Assembly (NCBI GenBank): GCA_965197905.1
Contig: CBDAOB010000005.1
Location: 1,248,001 to 1,312,000 of the forward strand
Length of the DNA stretch: 64,000 nucleotides
Direction: 5' to 3'
From: Candidatus Latescibacterota bacterium
GTDB lineage: Bacteria > Latescibacterota > UBA2968 > UBA8231
The translations under genes and the position numbers were made by a program. The first letter of the stretch is position 1, and each line of letters begins with the position of its first letter. Positions 9,880-19,143 of the stretch are shown in pieces. The notes under the pieces were generated by a model that was not told where the DNA came from, ran no database searches, and saw only the letters and a list, made by a program, of their open reading frames with translations.

Positions 9880-10848
9880 ATGAAGGCGATTCGGTTTCAC
9901 GACAGCGGTGGCCCCGAGGTCCTGCGTTACGAGGAGATCACGGATCCGCAGCCGGCAGCCGCACAGGCATTGATCACCGTCGAAGCTTGCGGATTGAACT
10001 ACATCGATACCTATCACCGGAGCGGCCTCTATCCGGTCGACCTGCCGTGTATTCCTGGAATGGAGGCGGCCGGCGTTGTAGCAGCGCTAGGCGAAGGAGT
10101 CAGCGATTTCGCCGTGGGAGATCGAGTCGCCTACGCTGGAGTTTTGGGCGCCTACGCCGAGAAGGTTGCTGTCGACGCGGGGAAGCTGGTGAAACTCCCA
10201 GACGGCGTCGATTGCGAAACAGGCGCGGCCTTGATGCTGCAGGGCATGACGGCACACTACCTCACTCACAGCACCTACCCTCTTGGAAAAGGAGACACGG
10301 TTCTGGTGCACGCGGCCGCCGGAGGGGTGGGTCTGCTTTTGACTCAACTCGCGAAGATGCTTGGGGCCCGGGTGTTCGGCACCGTATCGACGGCAGCCAA
10401 AGAAGAGCTTGCCCGTGCCGCCGGTGCCGATGAGGTAATAAGGTACACCGAGAACGATTTTGAGAAGGAAGTCTTGGCAAACACCGAAGGGCGCGGGGTC
10501 AACGTGGTTTACGATGGTGTGGCCCGAGATACCTTCGAGCAGAGTCTCAACGTGCTAAAGCCCCGGGGGTATATGGTTCTGTTCGGCCAATCCAGTGGTC
10601 CGGTGGAACCGTTCGATCCGGCTATTCTAAACATCAAGGGATCCCTCTTCCTTACGCGACCCACGATGGTGAATTATGTCCAGACACGGGAGGAGTTGTT
10701 GGAGCGGGCGAATGATCTCCTGCAGTGGGTGGTGGACGAGCGACTCGACGTACGCGTAGGCGAGCGATTTCCACTGGCCGATGCTGCGGAGGCACACAAG
10801 GCGCTGCAAGGGCGGCGAACAACGGGAAAGGTATTGTTGTTACCGTGA
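9880..10848 (+). CDS. qor: NADPH:quinone oxidoreductase (zeta-crystallin family)
   Basis: GLNYIDTY.RSG, LQGMTAHYL, HAAAGGVG, KGSLFLTRP, TTGKVLL. Confidence 0.92.
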   Translation: MKAIRFHDSGGPEVLRYEEITDPQPAAAQALITVEACGLNYIDTYHRSGLYPVDLPCIPGMEAAGVVAALGEGVSDFAVGDRVAYAGVLGAYAEKVAVDAGKLVKLPDGVDCETGAALMLQGMTAHYLTHSTYPLGKGDTVLVHAAAGGVGLLLTQLAKMLGARVFGTVSTAAKEELARAAGADEVIRYTENDFEKEVLANTEGRGVNVVYDGVARDTFEQSLNVLKPRGYMVLFGQSSGPVEPFDPAILNIKGSLFLTRPTMVNYVQTREELLERANDLLQWVVDERLDVRVGERFPLADAAEAHKALQGRRTTGKVLLLP

Positions 10849-10906
10849 GCGTAAAGCGGACCCGGTAGCTATCCGATGTACCCGGAAGACGCAAAGGAGC
10901 AGTAAT

Positions 10907-12264
10907 ATGGTAGAAGGACTCGACGGCCAGGAGAGCGGTGATCTCGAAACCGACGCGCAGCAGCGTGCTACTCAAGAGCCGGTGGCCGAGCCGGCCGCAG
11001 CGGCTGAAGCGATTAAGGCGCCCGAAGTGATTGGGGAGCCCGAAGCTGACGCGCCTGAACCGGAAAGTGAGTTCTCCAAGCTACTTCGGGAACAGGAATC
11101 CGGAGAGGGCGACCGCGTCCTCAAGGGGGGGGAGAAGGTGAGCGGGGTCCTGGTCAAGATCGGTGAGGAAGACAGCTTCATCGATTTCGGCGGGCGCAGC
11201 GAAGGAGTTATCAAGACCGTCGAGCTGAAGGATGAGGACGGATCGGTGCAGTTCTCCGAGGGTGATCCCCTCGAGGTCTTTGTCGTATCCGAAGGGGAAG
11301 AAACCGTATTGACCCGATCCCTGCGCCACGAGGATGTCAGCTCCGATCACCTGCAGCAGGCCTACACGAACGGAATCCCCATCGAAGGCAAGGTCGAAGC
11401 CGTAAACAAATGGGGTCTTGGAGTCTCCCTGGCCGGCGACATCAGAGCCTTCTGTCCCATATCACAGATAGACACGCAATTCGTCAAGGATACCGAGCCG
11501 TATCGCGATCAAAGTTTCAGTTTCAAGATCATAGAGTATCGCAATGGGGGCCGGAACATCGTCGTTTCTCGGCGTGCGTTGTTGGAGGCAGACGAGAAGA
11601 GGATATCCGATGAGGTTCGCGCCGGACTCAAGAAAGGTGCTGAGATCGAAGGTACCGTTACCCGCTTGCAGCCGTTTGGCGCATTTGTGGCATTGGGTGG
11701 GGGCGTCGAAGGGCTCATACACGTGTCCGAGATGAGTTTCCAGAGGGTGAAACATCCGTCTGAGGTTTTGCAGGAAGGGCAGCAGGTCAAAGTGGCGGTT
11801 ATCGAGCTGAAGAATCTCAGAAGCAAGAAGAAAGAGCGAATCTCCCTGTCCTGAAGGCGCTGGAAGAAGATCCCTGGGATGAGGTGGTCAAGCAGTTCAA
11901 ACCGGGTTCAGTGGTAGAAGGCAAGGTCGACGCATTGGAAGAGTTCGGCATCTTCGTCGAACTCGCCCCCAGTGTACGCGGTATGGCCCACATTTCGGAA
12001 CTTTCAGACAAGAGAGTCAATCATCCGAAAGACGTTGTGTCGGTGGGCGACACGGTGCGCGTGGCCATTGTCGAGATGGACAACAAACGGCGTAGACTTC
12101 GCCTCTCCCTCAAGCAGGCGGAGCGCTTCGAGTCGGCGACCAACCTCAAGGAGTTTCAGCAGCGCCAGGAGAAGGGCCAGGAAACACAGGGAAGCAATGC
12201 GATGCTCGATGCTTTACAACGTGCCAATTTGATCGACAAGCAGGGCTCCCAGTCAGAAAAATGA
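10907..12264 (+). pseudogene. Ribosomal protein S1-like protein (about 4 S1 domains), split by a 1-nt frameshift near 11851
   Basis: S1 repeats (FGAFV..G..EGLIHVSE, FGIFVEL..GMAHISEL); ...ISLS-TGA continues as LKALEEDPW in the -1 frame; AAGGAG RBS. Confidence 0.8.
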
Positions 12265-13514
12265 GTGGGTCCTTGAAAAAGCTCTTCGCAGGCGAACCCA
12301 TCGGTTTTATCGGAGGTTTCGGGGGGGCTTTCGTACCCGAAATTCTAAGGACCACACTCGACGAATTGGAGGCGGCGTTTCGCGATGCGAGCGCCGACCC
12401 ATCCTTCTGGCAGGAATTCGTCGAAACGATGCAGACCTACTCTTGCCGCCCGACCCCCGTGACCTATCTGGAGAATCTCAGCCGCGAGCTCGGCGGTGCC
12501 CAGATCTATTTGAAACGCGAAGACCTGAACCACACCGGAGCGCATAAGCTCAATAACGTAATGGGACAGGGTTTGTTGGTGAAACGGATGGGTAAGAAGC
12601 GGGTCATCGCGGAGACCGGGGCCGGGCAACACGGGGTGGCGACAGCCACCATGGCTGCTCGAATGGGTTTCGAGTGCACGGTTTACATGGGTTCCGTCGA
12701 CGTCGAGCGACAGAGGCCGAACGTCTTTTGGATGCAACAGCTGGGTGCCGAGGTGGTCCCGGTGGAGGACGGTGCCGCAACCTTGAAGGACGCAATCAAC
12801 GAGGCCATGCGGGATTGGGCCTACTCGATGGGCGACACCCATTACGTCCTGGGAACCGTCTGCGGCGCCCACCCATTCCCGCAGATGGTGGCATATTTTC
12901 AAAGTATAATTGGCAAAGAGAGCCGCGAGCAGATGTTGGGTCGAACAGGGCGTCTGCCGGACAGGGTCTATGCCTGCGTTGGTGGGGGGTCCAACGCCAC
13001 CGGCATATTTCAGGGTTTCCTAGAGGATACGGAGGTGGAACTCGTTGGGGTGGAGGCCGCGGGATTCGGGTTGGATAGCGGCCGACACGCCGCGCGGCTC
13101 GCTGGGAACGACGGATCCGTGGGGGTGGCTCAGGGGTACAAGACCTACTTTCTTCAGGACGAGGATGGACAGATGAAACACACCCATTCCGTCGCCGCTG
13201 GCCTGGATTACATCGGAGTGAGCCCGATACTTTCCCACCTGTACGAGGTCGGCCGCGTTCGCTTCGAAGCGACCGACGACAAGGAAGTGGTCGAGGGGCT
13301 GCGCCGGCTGATGCGCGCCGAGGGCATTATCGCAGCGCTGGAGAGTGCACATGCCGTCGCCTTAGCGTTGCACGAGATCCCCGCTATGAATCGGGACGAT
13401 GTTGCGTTGGTGAATCTCTCCGGCCGCGGCGACAAAGACATATTCACCATTGCCGACGCAATGAACGACGAGGGATGGAATCAGTTTCTGAAAAATCGGG
13501 CAGCCAAGCTCTGA
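12261..13514 (+). CDS. trpB: Tryptophan synthase beta chain
   Basis: KREDLNHTGAHK, AETGAGQHG, GGGSNA, AGLDY, ALES.HA, NLSGRGDKD. Confidence 0.96.
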   Translation: MSGSLKKLFAGEPIGFIGGFGGAFVPEILRTTLDELEAAFRDASADPSFWQEFVETMQTYSCRPTPVTYLENLSRELGGAQIYLKREDLNHTGAHKLNNVMGQGLLVKRMGKKRVIAETGAGQHGVATATMAARMGFECTVYMGSVDVERQRPNVFWMQQLGAEVVPVEDGAATLKDAINEAMRDWAYSMGDTHYVLGTVCGAHPFPQMVAYFQSIIGKESREQMLGRTGRLPDRVYACVGGGSNATGIFQGFLEDTEVELVGVEAAGFGLDSGRHAARLAGNDGSVGVAQGYKTYFLQDEDGQMKHTHSVAAGLDYIGVSPILSHLYEVGRVRFEATDDKEVVEGLRRLMRAEGIIAALESAHAVALALHEIPAMNRDDVALVNLSGRGDKDIFTIADAMNDEGWNQFLKNRAAKL

Positions 13515-14287
13515 ATCTGGAAGGGGAGATCCGCCAAAGACTGGGAGAGCGAAAGATATTGCTCATGACCCACCTGATTGTGGGTTATCCATCCCTGGAG
13601 GCGAACTGGGAGATGCTGGAGGTGATGGCGGAGGTTGGGGTTGATATGGTGGAACTGCAGCTCCCGTTCAGCGAACCGATCGCCGATGGTCCGACCTTTG
13701 CCCGCGCCAACCAGATAGCGCTCGAACGGGGCATGCGAACGAACGCTTATTTCGATTTTTTTCGCCGGGCAGCCGGGCGTTTCGATTTCCCCCATCTCAT
13801 GATGGGTTACTACAACGTGGCCTTTCGCATGGGACACGAAAACTTTTGCCAACGGCTCAGCGACAGCGGTGGTTGGGGATATATACTTCCGGATCTGCCG
13901 TTCGAGCAGTACGGAGATCTGTTCGATTGCAGCCGGGCACATGCGATTGCGCCCATTCTGTTGATGACGCCGACAAATACCCCCGAAAGACTCGCCCAGA
14001 TAGGCAGCCGCTCGGCTGGATTCGTCTACGTGGTGGCTCGCAAAGGAGTGACGGGCCGCAGGACCGAGTTGGATGCCCAGCTGGACGACTTCCTCGAACA
14101 GTGCAGAGCAAACACCTCCTTGCCGCTCGCTCTCGGTTTTGGTTTGCAGAGCGGCGACGATCTTCGAGGCCTGCAGGACAGGGTTGAAATGGGCATCGTT
14201 GGCTCCGTTTTGCTAGATCGTTGGGATGCCGAGGGTCTCGAAGGGTACCGCAAGCTTCTCACCGAGTTGGGGGCCGCCCGAAATTAG
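13475..14287 (+). CDS. trpA: Tryptophan synthase alpha chain (start may instead be the CTG at 13511)
   Basis: ELQLPFSEPIADGP, PDLP, GVTG, LGFG, IVGS; directly follows trpB. Confidence 0.92.
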   Translation: MESVSEKSGSQALNLEGEIRQRLGERKILLMTHLIVGYPSLEANWEMLEVMAEVGVDMVELQLPFSEPIADGPTFARANQIALERGMRTNAYFDFFRRAAGRFDFPHLMMGYYNVAFRMGHENFCQRLSDSGGWGYILPDLPFEQYGDLFDCSRAHAIAPILLMTPTNTPERLAQIGSRSAGFVYVVARKGVTGRRTELDAQLDDFLEQCRANTSLPLALGFGLQSGDDLRGLQDRVEMGIVGSVLLDRWDAEGLEGYRKLLTELGAARN

Positions 14288-14315
14288 CGGGGTACCGCGG
14301 CGTGCGGGTTGTTCC

Positions 14316-15206
14316 TCAACCGGGTCCTGTACTCTGGCGTAGCAGCTGTTCCAGATAGTGCCGGTAGTCGCAATCGGGAATCTTTTCCGTTAACGACTGG
14401 AGGGCCGCTTCGTCGATGAACTCCTGTTTGTACGCGATTTCTTCCAGACAAGCTATCTTCAGTCCCTGACGTTTCTCTATTGCTTCGATGAACGAATTGG
14501 CCTCCTGCAGGCTTGACGGAGTGCCGGTGTCCAGCCATGCCGTCCCGCGGCCTAGGCGTTCGACTCTTAGGCGACTCGATTCCAGATAAGCGCGGTTGAC
14601 GTCGGTGATTTCCAGCTCGCCGCGAGCCGACGGATTCAAGGCGCGGCAAACTCGGCACACCTCCTGGTCGTACACGTAGAGTCCCGGCACCGCATAGTTC
14701 GACTTGGGCGTTGCCGGTTTTTCTTCGATGCCCACCACGTTTGATTGTTGATCAAACTCGATGACGCCGAAATCCTGCGGGTTGCTGACGTAATAACCGA
14801 AAATGAGAGCGCCGTCCGAGAAACTTTTCAGGGCTTCGGAAAACCCTCCCTCGCGGTAGAAATAGTCGCCGTAGAAGACATTGTCTCCCAGAATCAGCGT
14901 GATGGCGTCGCCGGCGATAAACTCTTCGGCAAGAAGAAAGGCCTGGGCGATACCTTCGGGACGCGGCTGAACCTCGTAACAAACCCGCAAGCCCAAATCG
15001 CTGCCATCGCCGATGAACTCCCGCAACACGGGTACATCCTTGGGTGTCGAGATGATACAGATATCCCTTATCCCGCCCAACATCAACGTCGAAAACGGAT
15101 AGCAGATCATCGGCTTGTCGTACACCGGAACCAGTTGCTTACACACAATTCGGGTCAGCGGGTATAGTCGGGAGCCAGTGCCGCCCGCCAATACGATGCC
15201 TTTCAT
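14316..15206 (-). CDS. rfbA: Glucose-1-phosphate thymidylyltransferase
   Basis: GIVLAGG.GSRLYP, KQL.PVYDKPMI, EEKP..PKSN, RGELEITD, WLDTGT. Confidence 0.96.
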   Translation of the reverse strand: MKGIVLAGGTGSRLYPLTRIVCKQLVPVYDKPMICYPFSTLMLGGIRDICIISTPKDVPVLREFIGDGSDLGLRVCYEVQPRPEGIAQAFLLAEEFIAGDAITLILGDNVFYGDYFYREGGFSEALKSFSDGALIFGYYVSNPQDFGVIEFDQQSNVVGIEEKPATPKSNYAVPGLYVYDQEVCRVCRALNPSARGELEITDVNRAYLESSRLRVERLGRGTAWLDTGTPSSLQEANSFIEAIEKRQGLKIACLEEIAYKQEFIDEAALQSLTEKIPDCDYRHYLEQLLRQSTGPG

Positions 15207-18085
15207 ATCGAGTTCCCTTTTCCAGTTTCCGTAGGTGGAAAGGTGAGTTGGACCTTCTTTTTGAACAAGGTTGTGGTCTGCAGGTTCAGATGTTCATCGC
15301 CGTCGTATCTGACGAGAAACCAGGTATCCTGCCGGTCGGGCAGGGAGAAGTTGATGTCCATCGCGTGTTCATTGTCGGGTATGGATATCCACCAGGGGGA
15401 TTGAAACCGCTCGGCCAGAGGACGCACGTAGTCCGGGTCGTCAATACCGCTGAATTCGAGCCGATTCTGCTCAAACCAGAGGTCGACCAGTTGCCGTCCT
15501 CGGTACTTGCTGGGCACGGACGGATCGACCGTGTATACTGCCAACGCGATGGGTCGAGGGGAACGCTCGAGAATGCCCGGCAGCAAGGGACCATTGAACG
15601 TGAAGACGACGCGGTAGAAGCCCGGTTCCAGCCGCGGGTAAAACACACCGGCTGCAATGGGGCCGTCGGAGGTTTTCTCATCATGCTCGAAGACCTTGAT
15701 AAGCTCCGGACTTCCTGTATCAAACATGGGAAGCTGTCGCAGGGAGAACTGCTCCAACCCGATTTCGCCGAATCCAGAGTACTCCACGTAGAAACGCCCA
15801 AGACTGATGCGCCCCACGTAGAACGCCTGAGACACACCCGGGCTCGGTGATGGGACAATCGGCTTACTCAAATGGATTCTCGACCTGCTAACGGCTGGCA
15901 CGTTGGTGTACAACAAGGACACGAGGTGACCTGTGACACGCGGAATTGGACTCTTGGAGAATAGGTCGGGCGTGTCGAAGCTGTAATATCCGGGGTCCAG
16001 CAACGGACCATCGAGATTGACAAGCAGGCCAAGCGCGTCTCTGCCTTCGCGGGGCAGGAAAGTCCCGTCGGGTTCCCGTGTGCCGACCATTTGGTTCGTC
16101 AGGTCGAGCTCGAACGAACTGGCGACGGGGATGATTCGTGGTTCGCCGTGAGCCGGGTTGTCATAGGTGAGCCCAACCGCCGAATCGGCAATCCTCTGCG
16201 TCGGAATGGCAGTGCTCCAAAGTTTCGGTGCGAGCAATGCCAGCAGAACTAGGGCTGGCTGATACCTGCCAAGAAACCTGGCGCCGGCCAGGACGAGAAT
16301 ACCACAAAGTACGATCTCGCTCACCGCGACCGAATCGCGGTCAGGCGTAAAATGAACCTGCCATGGATAGTACTGATTTACGGATCGGTATTCGTGATTG
16401 ACCCCGTTGTATCCTCCTTCAGGGAATTCCACCGTCGTCGTTACGGTGTCCAAGCTAACGGTCCACGCCATCGCCAGCAGGAACAACCCTAGGGCGGTTT
16501 GTCTTTTGGAGCCGAAGGACCAGGCTAGTCCCAGAACCAACACCGGCAGCGCTGTTATCAGGAAACGACCCGGGTATCCAAATCCGAAGGTCCAATCCGG
16601 ATGGGCGCCGTTGACCGCCGCGGTGCAGATGTAAAGGGCGCAGCAGACAAGGGCCAAACGACTTCGTGTCCGTGCGAGCAAGGTCAAACCCACAAGGCTG
16701 TACAGGAATACGGGCGCAGCGTTCAGCAGGCCGTGGGTGCTGAGCAACCAGTGCCCGGGTAGCGAGGTGAACCAAACGGCCGGATTTAACGACCCTTCCG
16801 ACCAGGCATTCCCCGGACGGAAGGGTCCTAGCCAATCGTTGCTGAAGGTGTAGTTGAAGCGAATGTGGACGGCGGTCATGACCAAACTGACCGCCAACAC
16901 CGACACGATGTTGCGCTTATTTTCGACGCTGAACCAGCATTGAAGCAGGAGCAAGGCGAGCAAAAGAGCCGTCAGGGGCAGGTATCGGGGATGCAGAAAT
17001 GGCAGGACCCACGCCAGGAGTGCCAGCAACCCAAGCCACGCAATTTCCCAGCGGCCCACAGATTGGTAAACGCCTTCGGAACGTTGCCAGTGAGGCATAC
17101 ATGACAGAGTGATAAGTGCGATCAGAAGGGCTGGCATTTCGGGGTAGAGTTGGTTGCTGTAGAGAAAAAAAGGGGCGGTAGTCGCCAACAAAAAGACAGC
17201 TATGAGGGCCGCGGCGACAGAAATGCCGACGCGACACAACCAGACAAAAGCCGCGGCTGAAGTTGCGGCTGCCAAAAGGCACATGAACAACGCGCAGGCC
17301 AAACGCGGGTTTGACCACAACTCGAGGCCGAGCCAGTAGGCCGGAACAAGCAGCACCGAAAGCCCGATGGGATGAACCGAATGGACCTTTCCCGTCGGCG
17401 AGGCAGGAGCTTTGGCGAGACCGAAGTCCGTTATGTGGAACTCGTCGGTGGTGGAACTATCCAGGTTGTTCGCCAGATCCATGTCGCCATCCCGAATCAA
17501 ACTCTGAGTCACGCGCAGATACTGGCCTTCGTCGCCATGGATCATGGTGACCTGACAGAAGTACAAGGTGTAGATTCCATAACCTACCGAGCACAGCAGG
17601 AAAATCGTGATGGCAAGATACCTGACGGGTGACCGGTTCCAATCCGTTCCGATGGCAAGGTTGGGATAAACCATATAACAGAGGCACAAGCCCCAGGTGG
17701 CGTGGGGACTCCACAACAACGTCAGATACGGAAATAGCTGGCAAAGCGGATTCCAAAGGGAAACCAGTCTGACGACCGAAAGGGCTCCGGCCAACCACGC
17801 AAGGTGCAGGAATCGGTCGTCGGTTTGGAGGCGAAGTTCAGCGTTGGCACGTAGATGGGCGAGGAGCAGTCCGGCCACGGCCGTGATCAGAGGTGCCAGC
17901 GACCACCGAATCTCCAGATGGGAATATTCTACGATGGTGGACAGCGAGCCGGTGGAGGCAGCGACATGGACCGAGATCCAGCAGATCGCAAACCACACCA
18001 GAAGCAGGAAGGAGGCGATCACCGAGGCGGCCGAGGGCGGAGGTAGGTGAGAGAGCCGGCAGAAAATCGATGAAGCAACGACCAT
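15203..18085 (-). CDS. Large polytopic membrane protein, GT-C-like, with an extracytoplasmic C-terminal region
   Basis: GDEGQYL...SL..DGD.DL, H.IGLS.LL.PAY, QLYPE, GRF motifs; 960 aa; 4-nt overlap with rfbA. Confidence 0.6.
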   Translation of the reverse strand: MVVASSIFCRLSHLPPPSAASVIASFLLLVWFAICWISVHVAASTGSLSTIVEYSHLEIRWSLAPLITAVAGLLLAHLRANAELRLQTDDRFLHLAWLAGALSVVRLVSLWNPLCQLFPYLTLLWSPHATWGLCLCYMVYPNLAIGTDWNRSPVRYLAITIFLLCSVGYGIYTLYFCQVTMIHGDEGQYLRVTQSLIRDGDMDLANNLDSSTTDEFHITDFGLAKAPASPTGKVHSVHPIGLSVLLVPAYWLGLELWSNPRLACALFMCLLAAATSAAAFVWLCRVGISVAAALIAVFLLATTAPFFLYSNQLYPEMPALLIALITLSCMPHWQRSEGVYQSVGRWEIAWLGLLALLAWVLPFLHPRYLPLTALLLALLLLQCWFSVENKRNIVSVLAVSLVMTAVHIRFNYTFSNDWLGPFRPGNAWSEGSLNPAVWFTSLPGHWLLSTHGLLNAAPVFLYSLVGLTLLARTRSRLALVCCALYICTAAVNGAHPDWTFGFGYPGRFLITALPVLVLGLAWSFGSKRQTALGLFLLAMAWTVSLDTVTTTVEFPEGGYNGVNHEYRSVNQYYPWQVHFTPDRDSVAVSEIVLCGILVLAGARFLGRYQPALVLLALLAPKLWSTAIPTQRIADSAVGLTYDNPAHGEPRIIPVASSFELDLTNQMVGTREPDGTFLPREGRDALGLLVNLDGPLLDPGYYSFDTPDLFSKSPIPRVTGHLVSLLYTNVPAVSRSRIHLSKPIVPSPSPGVSQAFYVGRISLGRFYVEYSGFGEIGLEQFSLRQLPMFDTGSPELIKVFEHDEKTSDGPIAAGVFYPRLEPGFYRVVFTFNGPLLPGILERSPRPIALAVYTVDPSVPSKYRGRQLVDLWFEQNRLEFSGIDDPDYVRPLAERFQSPWWISIPDNEHAMDINFSLPDRQDTWFLVRYDGDEHLNLQTTTLFKKKVQLTFPPTETGKGNSI

Positions 18086-18175
18086 TAGGAGGCTCAGTAC
18101 CGCGTTTTGAGAAAGGGGGAGTGTCTATGGCGTCGGCAGGACCAGGGAGGAGGCCGAAAGAGTTCGGCCACGCTC

Positions 18176-18910
18176 CTAGTCCATTAAGATGCCGCCATTT
18201 ACGTCGATGATTTCGCCAGTGATATGGGCGGAATCTTCACAGGCCAGGAAGAGCGCGCAGTTCGCGACGTCCTGCGCGGTCCCCTTCTTGCCCAGGGGGA
18301 TCTGCTCGCTCAATTTCGCGTGTAGCGGATTGTCGGTCATGTTCGTATCGATTATGCCCGGGGCAATGCCGTTGGCACGTACACCATACGGTGCGAGGCC
18401 TCGGGCGAGAGCCATGGTCATAGCGAGCACCCCCGCCTTGGCGGCCCCGTACGGGGGGCCCGAAGCAAGACCGCCCGTTTTTCCAGCCAGCGAGGTCAGG
18501 TTGATTATGGCGCCTTTGCCCCGCTTTTTGAGGATTGGATAGGCGGCCTGGCTGCACAGAAAAGTTCCCTTTAGGTTTACGGAGATAGTCCGGTCCCAAA
18601 GGTCCTCGTCGCAATCTTCAAAAGTGCATAGCTCCAGTATGCCGGCGTTGTTCACCAGAATATCCAAGTCACCCAATTCATCCAGTACTTTCGAGAAGCC
18701 GGTCGTTACTGAGCTCTTGGACGATACATCCATTTCGATACCCAACGATCTGGTAGCCAAGCTTTTCGCTGCCTCTGCCGCGGCTTCGGCGCGGATGTCG
18801 GCTACGACAACATGCGCACCTTCCAGGGCAAACGTGGTGGCAATGGCGTAGCCGATGCCTCTGCTGCCCCCGGTAATTAGCGCAACTTGCCCTTTGAGTT
18901 TGTCGGCCAT
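18176..18910 (-). CDS. Short-chain dehydrogenase/reductase (FabG-like)
   Basis: TGGSRGIG, NNAG, YGAAK, PG.IDT.M; ATG at 18910. Confidence 0.9.
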   Translation of the reverse strand: MADKLKGQVALITGGSRGIGYAIATTFALEGAHVVVADIRAEAAAEAAKSLATRSLGIEMDVSSKSSVTTGFSKVLDELGDLDILVNNAGILELCTFEDCDEDLWDRTISVNLKGTFLCSQAAYPILKKRGKGAIINLTSLAGKTGGLASGPPYGAAKAGVLAMTMALARGLAPYGVRANGIAPGIIDTNMTDNPLHAKLSEQIPLGKKGTAQDVANCALFLACEDSAHITGEIIDVNGGILMD

Positions 18911-18916
18911 GTGAAG

Positions 18917-19143
18917 ATCTAGCATGGAAGCGGCGTAGGCGCAGCCGGTGATTACACCCACTCGCAAATGGGCGCGGTTATGTCGAGTTCGCTTCGACTA
19001 AGGTAATAGCCCCCCAACGGGGTGGCCAGAAAAATGTAGTTGGCCGTCACGACCACTGGTGCATAATAGCTTCGTCGCTGAGACCACTTGAATAGCTGAC
19101 CGAAACCGAAAGATAGAAGGATGGCTGCATACATCCAGTCCAA
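18917..19143 (-). pseudogene. Remnant of a membrane transporter (EamA/DMT-like N-terminus), frameshifted and truncated
   Basis: Hydrophobic MDWMYAAILLSFGFGQLFK...VVTANY, continuing after a 1-nt shift as LRVGVITGCAYAASML, then abutting the SDR start. Confidence 0.4.

Noticed and set aside
11846..11860. Antizyme/RF2-like +1 programmed frameshift or selenocysteine at TCC TGA
   Set aside because: The S1 sequence continues in the -1 frame, not the +1 or 0 frame
18152..18169. GGCCGAA-AGAG-TTCGGCC hairpin after the SDR gene
   Set aside because: No U-tract on the coding strand, so not called a terminator
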